This document shows positions 14,159-24,608 of a DNA stretch of 64,000 bases, piece after piece. The notes beneath the pieces were generated by a model that was not told where the DNA came from, did no database searches, and saw only the letters and a program-made list of their open reading frames with translations. The translations under genes were made by a program, and so were the position numbers. Each line of letters starts with the position of its first letter. The stretch's first letter is position 1. Origin of the DNA: Hydrolagus colliei (Eukaryota); contig CM068760.1 of assembly GCA_035084275.1 (NCBI GenBank), positions 5,084,001 through 5,148,000 on the forward strand, written 5' to 3'.

Positions 14159-14489
14159 TGTGCTATCACATTTTATTTTCAGCCTTTAGGATAAAGCACA
14201 AATCCTAACGTGGATCTTTTATCATATTCGATTATACATTGCGTACAATTACATCTACATTTTATTATTTTTAATTTGATTCATGTATATTAATCTACGG
14301 AATGTTATCCATGGTTAGTATCACTGGACGACTTAATTTCAGGAAGAAATAAACATTTACTGCCCCCAAGATAGACAAGTACAGCTATTTGAAGGGAAAG
14401 ACAATGGGTTAATTCTCTCTATGTTAAATCCCTTTCCAACCCCTTCCATCCTTGTGGTTCGAAAATCCTATTACAAACAGAACTATTGA

Positions 14490-14575
14490 AAACTAATCCT
14501 ATTGTGTCTGTCTTTGAGTCTTGGCAACAGGGATTAAGCTAAACCTGCATAGGGTCACGTTGATTGCTTAATATC
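14490..14575 (+). promoter_or_regulatory. Cluster of CRX/OTX-type homeodomain sites just upstream of the PDE6G ATG exon
   Basis: CTAATCC (14493), overlapping GGATTAAGCT (14531-14540) and GCTTA (14566), all in non-repetitive DNA. Confidence 0.4.
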
Positions 14576-14664
14576 CCTATATGTGTTGCGTACATTAATC
14601 TGATATCGTTGTGTTTCTTTGAAATGTAGCATCTCAGTGAAGCGTGAAACAACCGTGAGCAACC

Positions 14665-14903
14665 ATGACGACCAAAATAGAAATGCAACCCAATTCTGGG
14701 TTGCTCAATGTAGAGATGCAACCCAGTACTGCGATGCTCAACGCAGCCAAGTTGGCCCTGGTCGAGACCAAAACTGTAGGAGAAATTAAGTCTGCAACCA
14801 GGGTAACTGGAGGCCCAGCCACTCCGAGGAAAGGGCCACCAAAATTCAAACAACGGCAAACAAGACAATTCAAAAGCAAGCCACCAAAGAAAGGAGTACA
14901 AGG
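14665..14903 (+). CDS. PDE6G: PDE6G first coding exon
   Basis: ATG in aaccATGa context, polycationic region, donor GG|gtaagc. The start codon is uncertain because in-frame ATGs also occur at 14683, 14716 and 14734. Confidence 0.9.
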
Positions 14904-15726
14904 GTAAGCGGGAGTGCAGGGCTGGGGGTGGGGGGAGGGGTGGGATTGGTGGGGATGGGGGGTGGGGGGTCAGGTGGGGTAACGAGAAGCGCAGTTGGCA
15001 TTGTTGTTTAGAAGCTGGTCGACTGTAAACCAAGGGGGGACAAAGATTTAATGTGTGACCACAAGGCATTTTTTTTAACATATGACCGAGTTGAGATGGA
15101 GTAAAGATAATGTCCCTTGCTTGGCACCTAGAGCTTGCAATGGAAATGTCAACTGCTCTTGCTGAATAAGTTGCATTATTGGGCAACGGTCACACGGGGA
15201 GGGCATATTTGTAACAAGACGAGATGTGCGGTACTGTATTGGGACATTGTGTGTGTGAATGTAGTCATAATGAGGTGAAGAAGGTCCTTTTTTTTTTATC
15301 TGTGTGGTGGTTGGGGTGGGGGGAGCAGAGGAGTGAAGGGTGGTGGGGCGGGGGTGGGTTGGGGAGGGAAACTAGGTTAGAGTCCTGTGAAACCTGCGTT
15401 TGAATCCTGCACATATCATTGAGAAAAAGGTTTTCTCTGTCTCTGTCCACTGAGGTTCCTGTTTGAAATGGGTTTGAGAAGTCAGTTGCTGATGAGCTAA
15501 ATTCCACAACACAAAACTGCACCTAATTTGCGCACCTTGAGTTGGTCTCTAACACAGTTACAGTTTTAATGCAAGGCTGGTAACAGAGAGTAATGGGGGA
15601 TTATTTAGGGCAATGTTACAGTAAGTATAGCCAGTTCAAGTGGTGCTCCATTGACGTGTAGAAACTAACAATTGGGCGAGCTGTTAAAAAACCATATTCA
15701 CTCTTCCCAACAGGTTTGGTGATGAC

Positions 15727-15757
<31 letters not shown>

Positions 15758-15959
15758 TGATGGATACTGCTTGTCATAAAGAGGATTTGTTCTTCGTTGT
15801 TTTCCGGCTCCTGCCTCACGTATGTTAAAAAAAAACGCCTTGTGGTCACACATTAAATCTTTGTCCCCCCCTTGGTTTACAGATATCACTGTCATCTGCC
15901 CCTGGGAAGCCTTCAATCACCTCGAGCTACACGAACTTGCACAGTATGGAATCATTTGA
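14665..15959 (+). CDS. PDE6G: Rod cGMP phosphodiesterase 6 inhibitory gamma subunit, join(14665..14903,15714..15754,15883..15959), 118 aa
   Basis: The spliced translation contains [76 protein letters not shown], the rod P-gamma signature including the AQYGII C-terminus. Introns are GT-AG and exon lengths sum to 357 nt in frame. Confidence 0.95.
15023..15882 (+). repeat. Long-range inverted repeat, arms 15023-15082 and 15821-15882, inside PDE6G introns
   Basis: ctgtaaaccaaggggggacaaagatttaatgtgtgaccacaaggcattttttttaacata is the reverse complement of tatgttaaaaaaaaacgccttgtggtcacacattaaatctttgtcccccccttggtttacag, apart from one mismatch and two single-base homopolymer length differences. Confidence 0.95.
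15714..15754 (+). CDS. PDE6G: PDE6G second coding exon (41 nt)
   Basis: cccaacag|G TTT GGT GAT GAC ATC CCT GGA ATG GAA GGA TTA GGA ACA G|gtatga. Confidence 0.95.
15883..15959 (+). CDS. PDE6G: PDE6G last coding exon
   Basis: gtttacag|AT ATC ACT GTC ATC TGC CCC TGG ... GGA ATC ATT TGA. Confidence 0.95.
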
Positions 15960-16172
15960 AAGTCAGCCACTACCCACGGAATTCTGTGTGCGTTTCCACT
16001 CTGCTCATCCCAAAAAATATTCGTCAAGGAACCATCCCTATATCGCCAATGGCCTTGAGCACAAGGACAACTTTCAAGGCCAAGAAGTCCCATTCACTGC
16101 ATTTGGAAAAGCAAAATAGCAACAAATAAGCCCCACTCCTCTTCCTTCCGCACCCCCCCTACCCCGCTCCGC

Positions 16173-16178
16173 AATAAA
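16173..16178 (+). terminator. Candidate polyadenylation signal of PDE6G
   Basis: AATAAA about 210 nt after the stop codon, followed by T-rich sequence. Confidence 0.5.
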
Positions 16179-16739
16179 AAAATATTTTTAATTCACATTT
16201 CCCTCACAGCTGTATTTACTGCGTAAAAGAGCTGCTCAACTTCAAATGCACACATCAGAATTGTAAGCCGTCCTGTCTTCAACGTGGCCGACCATTTCTC
16301 CGATAACCTCTCGTAGAACAATTTTCAGAGACGTTAGGACGTAAACTGCTGTTACCTGTGGTTACGTTCCAATAATCTCAGTTCTTTTTTTTTAAAAGCA
16401 AGCAAAGATACATATCTCCCTATGCAGGCACGTTCATTTCTGTTCATTGAGATTCTTTAACCGTTGAACTATGTAGAGGAACTATTCCAAGTGTGATTCT
16501 GTGGAGGTGGAATTGATAAATCCCTGCAAATGCTTTCCAAGTGCCTCCTTCTGAACAGGACCTTCACCCAACGCAATGCTGGACTAATCCCAGCTTCTAT
16601 CTAGTTGGAATTTCGCCCACAGTCAATCTGCTTTACAGTGTATTCTGAGAAAAGGTTTTGAGACCTCTCAATCACAAAATATGCCACTGTATCAAATGCA
16701 AGGGTTATTATAAGTTATATCATTTCTTTATCGTGACAT

Positions 16740-17470
16740 TTTTTAACGTTTGACTCTCAGTCAATTTTAATGATCTTAATGATCTTTTAATAATCTACAT
16801 TTATTTTTCTTTTCTGCTTATAAAAGGAACCACTCAGGGATTTTTTTTGCTGTTGTTGTTAAATTGATCTTCTGTGGGGAGCTCGAGATAGGAGAAAGTT
16901 GTTTGTTTCTCGCTGTGTCATGTAGCTGAGTGATGTATCGACAATTCCCTGAGATGTCCTCATTTTAGATCCCTTTTCTCCCATTTACATCTTTCAATTA
17001 GTTCCCAATTCCTTCCTGTCACGTTCCACTTAATCCACAAATGTAGAGTGATTTGTGATAAATCGTTTGAGATCACGCCAGCTTTTTTTTTGTCTTGTAC
17101 GGTCAATCCATTGGTTAACATCACACTAAAACCCCCATGTCACTTTTTAATTCTTCTCTGGCATTTTTATCCAATTTTGTTATGGTTTCGAAACGCAACC
17201 GTTATTTGATGAAATGTCAAGTCACTCCATCACATTGTCTCGCTATCTTGTCTCATCCACATTTCCTGTCTGTCGGGCATTCTTTCTCATCCATTCGCTT
17301 CCTGTCTTCCCCTATTAAATGCACAATTATCGTTATGTTAACTGTTCTTGCCCCCTATTCAGTAATCATTACCTCTACCTATGATCATCCTATTTGCTTG
17401 CTTTCTTTCCGTCAATTTGTAGGGCTTTTTTGTCGCTTTGGGAAAAATTTCCAGGACTAATTGTTGCACT
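16740..17470 (-). mobile_element. Heavily decayed L1/Tx1-like LINE endonuclease remnant
   Basis: The minus strand is A-rich, and a frame with stops reads SWK..PKRQK....RKE..QIG, resembling the start of an L1-clade ORF2 endonuclease. Confidence 0.3.
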
Positions 17471-18106
17471 ATTTTTTTAGAACAACACATAGTGTTGTTC
17501 TAAGCTTTTAAGATTCACATTCCTTGTTCTTAGGTCTTGTTAATTCTTGCTTTCCAATTCCTTTCATTTATCCCCTTTTTGGATTTTTGTAGTTTTCCCC
17601 TTTTTATAGTTTTGGGATTATTTCTTCATCTTTTCCTGGCTGCGAGTTCCAATGAAACCCGTCTTTTTTTTGTTCCTTTTCCCTTTCCTCTCGCTGTCTC
17701 TGCCACCATTTTTGTTCTTTTAATTTATCCATTTGAAAAAAATACTAGAAAGAATAATACTTATTTGTTTGGTAAAAGGTTCCTCTGCATTTCAGGCTTG
17801 TGTCCCTGCATTCTCTTTCTCACTCGGTTTGCTTTAGTATATTTCACGCACCTCTGAAGTCAGGCAGGAGGCACTTCTGTACAAACATCTGCAACGTATT
17901 GCGGGGAATGTTAAAGTGGGACTTAGCTGTTTCTTTGCATTGTTTCCATCCAGAACTTTATCATCTCAAGAAAAGGTTGTTCTCTCTACATTGTACCTAA
18001 TAAAAGCTTTGAAAAATAAAGAAATCAATCCGCAGTTTTGGCTTTCATTTGTAAAAAAAAACAAAAATTGTCTCTTTCATTTCTTTGGACCATTCCTAAC
18101 CCTTCC

Positions 18107-18366
18107 CGGAGTCTTGTAGCTCAGTGGCTAGAGACCTGGGTTTGATGCTAGGCAGGGCGAATTTTTGGACAAGTTTCCTTACACTGCACACGGCTGATAA
18201 TAATCGCTCAAAAAAAATGGTCACTTCAAACCACGGCTGTGCACAATTGGCTTAGGCATTTTTCCCACAAATATACAGTCAATTCACTTTATAACACAGT
18301 ATATTCTGTGAAGCTCTTTGAGACGTCTAGAACATGTGAAAAACGCTGTATCAAATACAAGGATTA
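18107..18366 (+). mobile_element. SINE with small deletions
   Basis: Head, core and tail recognisable. Confidence 0.8.
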
Positions 18367-18369
18367 GTA

Positions 18370-18866
18370 CAGTAAAAGCCTGTTTATCTGTGACCCGATC
18401 AACCGGCACCTAAAAAAAAGGTCTCCATTTGAATAACCGGATCTTAATCGGCACAATCACGGTGGCGCATTTTTTTTCCCTCGTATCAGTATTTTGGAAT
18501 GCTGCTACTCATGCCTGAAGGTGGCACTGCCATTTTTTCCCCTCGCATCGGTATTTTGGCTTGCCGTTAGTAGTGCCTGAAGGTGGTGCTGCCATTTTGT
18601 TCCCTCACTCGGCCATTATAGAAGATAGACTGTACACCTCTACCCCAGCTTCAAACCAGGCATGTACCAGCAAAGGTGATTTTTTGGTGAATAATAAAAG
18701 GTTTGTTATTATCTGTCATTATTTAGTCTATTATTAATATGGTATGTGTTAAAATAAGTATGTGTTAATTTTTTTTGTGTTGGGTTTTCGGCGTCAGATC
18801 CGCCTGAATATTCAGCATGTCATTTAGGCCAGGTCCCGAGGATGCCGGATAAACAGGCTTTTACTG
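18370..18866. mobile_element. Non-autonomous Tc1/mariner (Tigger/pogo-type) DNA transposon (MITE)
   Basis: 19-bp perfect TIR CAGTAAAAGCCTGTTTATC...GATAAACAGGCTTTTACTG flanked by TA on both sides, with an internal ~60-bp tandem repeat at 18461-18610. Confidence 0.88.
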
Positions 18867-19284
18867 TACTACACTAGACGCCCAGTGACTGATTGACTGC
18901 TGGGCCAATGCAGTCACCAACAGAGAGCAATTTGCAATGCTGATGAAATATTGGAGCCGGACGATTGAATCACTTGAAACACCATAAACACCATTGGTGT
19001 GGCACTGAGGAGGGCTGATGACTGATGCAGCGATGATAACGAGGCAGCGATTGGGTTTTCCTGCAAATGACCTCTTACACTGGAGATGAGATCGGCGGCA
19101 TATCTTTATTCAAATAAACCTCTTTTTCAATCTTCTTATCTTTATTGTGCCTCCATTGCGGCATCGTGACTGATTAACATCGATTGAACATTAATGTTAA
19201 TGTCAATCCACGACTGGTTGAGGGGAGAATGCCATGCACAATCAGCTGCCGCGGTTCGCCCACAAATAGTATTCCTCATAATGT

Positions 19285-19900
19285 ATTTATAAAAATGGGT
19301 CCATTATAGGCAGAGACAGGAGGAATTATATTGGAAGATAAAGATATGATAGAGTCCCTAAATAAATACTTTGCTTCTATCTTCGTGTTAGAAGACACAA
19401 AAAGTTTACCGAAAATAGAGATGAACCAAGCGGCTAATGATAGGGAGCAATTTAGGGAAATTTACGTTAGCAAGGAATGGGTGCTAGGGAAATTGTTGGC
19501 ATTAAAAAGTGACAAGTCCCCTGGACCTGATGGTTTGCATCCTAGGGTTTTAAAAGAGGTGATCCATGAGATAGTGGAGGCCTTGTGTCTAATAAGAGCA
19601 CAAAAATTAGGAGCAGGAGTATGCTATTCAGTCCCTCAAGCCTGCCCCACCATTCAATAAGATCACAGCTGATCTTCTATTCTAATTCCACCTACCTGCC
19701 TTATTCCCATATCCCTTAATCTTCCCAAATCCTTTGGATTCTGGAACTGTCCCCATAGATTGGAAGGTCGCAAATGTCACACCACTATTTAAGAAGGGTG
19801 GGAGAGAAAAGATGGGGAATTATAGACCAGTTAGTCTGACATTGAAGGTAGGGAAAATTCTAGAATCCTTAATTAAGGATGTCGCAGTGGGATACTTATT
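19285..19900 (+). mobile_element. CR1-clade LINE ORF2 fragment (pre-RT/RT start), interrupted by an inverted CR1 3' end at ~19593-19720
   Basis: KSDKSPGPDGLHPRVLKE and DWKVANVTPLFKKGGREKMGNYRPVSLT motifs. Confidence 0.9.
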
Positions 19901-22900
19901 GGAGTCAGTCCCACCTCCCCCTGTTATCCCGGGGACCGTCCGGGTGGTGGAATCAGTCCTACCCCTCCCTGCAAACAGTCACTACATTGAATGTAGTCAT
20001 TATCCACGATCCGGGAAGAGCTCAGAGACGCCGCAAAACGCAAAGACTTTCCTTTCTCCTTTTTTGTTCTTCTCCTGGCTTCAACTTTTCAATGTGGATT
20101 TGATGTGCTAACTCTTGTCTCTCTCTTGACTTGCCTTCTGTGTCTGTGATTACTAACATGGCTGACAGGGGGCTGCTGACTTGCTTCCAAGTTCTTTCTG
20201 ACGTTCTCGCAAGGAAATGAAACACATGTCAAGTGTCGAAATATTTATGGCAAATGGCAGTTTTCTGATAGATTTAGCATGTAGATTTACAAATCCCTTT
20301 CCCAGAGTCATGTATTTCTAAATCAAATGTTATTAGATTTGGTTTAGCAAATCCTTACCTATTTATGACTCTTTACTTCAGAAATGTGAAGATATTCAAA
20401 CTCAGCGTTCCAGTATATTCAATCAACATTATATAATCTTGATTTATCAAATATGTTTCTCCAAAGCCTCAGACAATTCAATCATGATTTAAGTTTCCAT
20501 TTTTTGAACTTTTTTTTATATCTCAGAGTTGATTAAATCCTTTCTTTAGATAAGTAAACACACTCATACTTTAATAAATCCTTATATTAATGTCCAGATT
20601 CAGTAAATTATCCTGTCAGGATATAGGTACACTAAGTTCTGAATTTTGCATTCGAATTTATAAATCCTCATTTAAATTCACAGGAATGCTTAAATCTCCA
20701 TAATTCCTAATATTAGTGGATTGTATCCGATATGGTTTGATCTGTGTGGATGGGACCGTCCACTCAAAGATTTAATTTAAAACAACATAAAAAAGCACAA
20801 AGAAGCCAGCAATTTCTCTAAAGATTCTTAGCTGTTATTTTTCTTCCCCCACTCCACCCCCAACCCCACCCCCACACCGTAATATCCCCACTTTTTTAAA
20901 ATATTGCATTACGTTATTTATTTCCTCAGTAACCGTCTCTCACACAGAGCAAAGGAAAGCTGCAGCGCTCAAACTGAACCCATCAGTGCAGTCCTTCAGC
21001 GGTCTCAGAGGCAACAGGTCGTGATTTAATGTAGGGCGTCCAGGGTGACTGCTGGCAGTGCCAGACTTGGACGGCTAAATGCAACGGGTAACTTTTAGCA
21101 AATGGACGCCGGCCGGGGTTTTTCGGGGGGTTTCGAGAAGCGTTTGTTTTTTTCGAGTCGAGAAAAAAGTGTTTTGTTCTCATTCCAGCTGCAAAACACA
21201 CACTGTTGATCCGCTTTCCAAACTATTACTGCCTTTGAGAAAAAGAACTTTTTTGGACGGCTCGAAGACACGATAAGACACTACATCAAATGAAAAGGAA
21301 GTTTATTATTATTATTATTTATGAAGCATTCCCTCCTCCGAGGCTCAGTTCTCGAAGGAAAATGCCCCAAATTTAAAAAAAAAAAAATTATTCTAATGAA
21401 TAGGGCCTGCCTAAGACACTAGCCAATTATACCCGTTTGATGCTCGAGGAGTCATTAGAGTGAGCAGTGTTGATTAAAATTTAGCCTGACCAAAAAGAAG
21501 AAACTATTGAACAGAACCTGGAACGCACCGCTCAGTCAGTGCCAAGACGCCCATTTACTAAATTAGGATGTATCACTCGGGGGACAAAATAGGAATCTCT
21601 AAACTCATTCGGTTTCCATAAAATATTCAGCATTCCAGTGGGCTCATAGATACAGTTTTTTGTTTTCCTCACACTGATGCTCTTTCTTGTTTCTTAAGTA
21701 AAGTACAAATACGGCCCCTTTTCTTCTACAATACAATATTATTATTTGTGTGCTAATGTCGCACGCATCTCCACTCTCTGCTCTCTAAAGCCGCTACTAC
21801 TTTGACTGCGTTTTCAGTCACCTTCCTCTCTCCCTATCCTCCAACCCTGCTTTGGCCCCTACATCATCTCTGTGAAGCTCTTTGAAATATTACCCGCTAA
21901 AAGTAGTAACTTGGTGTCACAAAAGACCCAGTGATAGGATTGCAGGCAAGACAAAGCGAAAGAGTTCAACTGCATTGCTTCAGGGCTTATAATAGAATTT
22001 GGCATCCTTGGAAATAAAGACACACAGTACAGCGTAGCTCCACCCTAACTCCTAAACGGTACGCTATGTACATTCCCTTGACTTTACATGCTTTCTCCGC
22101 TTCCATCTCAGTCTAGGAACCAAGACAGTTAGTTCTGAGTTAAGAGTGGGATAAAATAAGTGCTGTTTGATTAGAAACAGTCTCCCGGTGTCCATCCTAT
22201 CAGGGGACTATGAAATTAGAACAGCCGGCGATACCGTCTCAAAATGATGGTACGCATTCATTCCAGAACAAACTACAGTAAATGCAAACCAGACCGAGCG
22301 ACAGCGAGGCCATTACAGGCAGGAAGCGCAACAGATTCACAGCAGAATCGTGCGTAGCCCAGGGGAGGAAGGTCGAGACAGGATTCGAAATGCAGTAAAA
22401 GGCAGGAAGCGGTAATCGAACAAGGGGAAAAGGAGGTCAACGGCGCGAATGGCAAAAAAAAAAACGAGGTCAAGGGGAAGAGAAGGAAAGAACAGAACGT
22501 CCGAGAAAAGACATTTCTCATCCTGCAGAGGCCGAGGCTTCCTCTAAAGGATTAATAATAAATTGGTCACTTCAACCCACAACTGTTTGTGGGACACCGC
22601 TGTAGTGCCATTTGGCTGCCGCCTTTCGCCCACACAACACGCATTCAATTCACTTTACGGTGTATTCTGTGATAGTGCTTTGAGACATCTCAAAGTCATG
22701 ATAAGGCGCTGTATGAAACGCAAGAAATATTAGTGTTATGGCGAGAAGGAAATTCACTCGAGGTTTGTGAGTGAAGACATCCAGTGGAGTACAGAAGAGG
22801 CTTTTTGCAAACCATGCGGCAGACATTATCCATCTGCTTTGTCTTCCACCCTCTTGGCAGGCGCTTGACATGTTGTGTCACCATCTTTCCTGTGTGCTTT

Positions 22901-24215
22901 AATTCCTATTTTGCTTTTGAAAAAGATTCAAGCAGAATAAGGTTTGGCCGAGTGGAATTTCAAGTTGCAGGCATCGAACGAAGGAATCGAACTTAGGAAT
23001 TTCACCCAAGTATCGACTTAGCAAAATTGCTGAATTCCATTTTAAGTTTGCAGGTTTTGTTTCTGCGAGTCCCAGAAACGAAACCTATCAAAGTTGGCGT
23101 GTGCTAATTTGCGCGATGATTTCCAATGTCACTTTCCTGGTTTGATTTTGTGTTACGCTAAGTCAACAGAGTAAAATTCAAGTGTTGTTTCTACCCCCTT
23201 GTTCCCAAAACATGTACAGTCACAACCCATTACATTCCAGGTGAACGCTTCAGGTTATTTGAGATGTCTCTAGAACAAGCTCTCTCGCTGGCTTGCCATT
23301 GTCTCTCTCTGTGAATCAAGGCTCAGGGTCGATTCCACAGCATTGCTTCTGGCAAGACTTATTTTTTAGGTACGTAATCACTTGATTATCTGTCGAACAC
23401 AGTTTCCTGCGACCGTGTACTCTGCAACGAGTCTTTCCTTCCTTTCCCCTGACTCTGTTATGAAACTTCTCAATGATAAAAGAGAGGATTCTCTTTTTGG
23501 TTCAAGGTGCTTTCTTCTGAAGCGTATAATTAATCTTTTTTTTCATGTGTGTTTACCTGGACTGCAAGGCATTAAGACATCAAGGACTGTAGTGGTGGGG
23601 TAGTGGGGTGTGGGTGGGTGGGGGAAGGAAATACAAAATAGTGCTGGAAAATTACAATGTGAAGGGTGTTTATTAAAGTTTTGATAATTGGTTGTGAGGA
23701 CGTTAGCAATAAGTGAGGTAAAATAGGAACATTAACCATCAAAAGACTGTAGTTTACATTTTACAGATGTTTAACATCCTGAGTGTGTCTGGCTGTTCAC
23801 AGGGGAGATGAAATTGCAGTATATTTATCATCAATTATTATTTCTTCAGGAAAACAAAAATATAAGTTCAGCAGCACAGAAAACACAGGCTGCAATATTC
23901 AAATTCCTGTTTGATTGTGACTGAATTCTGTATGAATTTTAATTACAGCTTAGTTACAATATGTTATACGTGAGATTCCTCCGAATATATTCTGCACTGT
24001 ATATTTCTTTAGTCTCATTTTTACTATTTTTTTTCCCTAAAACGATAGACTTCAGCTGAAAAAAAAGCAGCTGTAACTAGGTATCCCTAGAGGCTGTTCA
24101 AACTCCATTGCAAGCATTCCCTCCATGTTCAGGCTTGTTACATTCTTAAAGCTTGCTGCATGATCACAGGACAAATTCGAGGCTTGGGATTACCTGTTGT
24201 TTTGCCTTCCTCTTT

Positions 24216-24440
24216 GCCTGGCTGAATTGGTATAACTCACACGCGGGAGTCAGTTAGTAGTTGTGAGTTCAAGCCCCATATCAAATCTGTCAACTCATAA
24301 TCTAGTTGACACTCTAGTTGACAGAGCAGCGCTGGGGGGTAAGCATTGGACTGTTGTAGATGCTGTCCTTCAGATAAGATGTTAGAAAAGGGTGTCCAGT
24401 CTATCTGTTCAAGTGGATGTTAAATCTCCCCACAACATGT
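24216..24440 (+). mobile_element. Older Deu-SINE fragment ~100 nt upstream of the ARPC1 ATG
   Basis: gactgttgtagatgctgtccttcagataagatgttagaaaaggg...ctgttcaagtggatgttaaa matches the Deu-SINE body. Confidence 0.6.
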
Positions 24441-24544
24441 ATGAATCATATGTTATATATGACCTATTCCGTGACCTGTGTTTTGTGTGTTCCTGGTGAG
24501 TGCAGGGAGCTGACAGGCAGCTCTGGGCTCACGTATGCGCAGAT

Positions 24545-24608
24545 ATGTCCCTGTACAGTTTTGGAGTGGAGCCCATAACATGTCATGCGTGGAACAAAGA
24601 CCGAACGC
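24545..24608 (+). CDS. ARPC1: ARPC1 coding exon 1
   Basis: [21 protein letters not shown], donor C|gtgagt. Confidence 0.9.

Noticed and set aside
14539-15186. 215-aa antisense ORF over PDE6G
   Set aside because: It is the shadow of the coding exon plus the G-rich intron (poly-Pro), with no family resemblance.
18461-18610. CRISPR-like repeat array
   Set aside because: Degenerate tandem repeat inside a MITE, with no unique spacers, in a eukaryotic context without cas genes.
19331-20111. Reverse-transcriptase-like ORFs as an active element or host gene
   Set aside because: Truncated, interrupted and frameshifted CR1 fragment.
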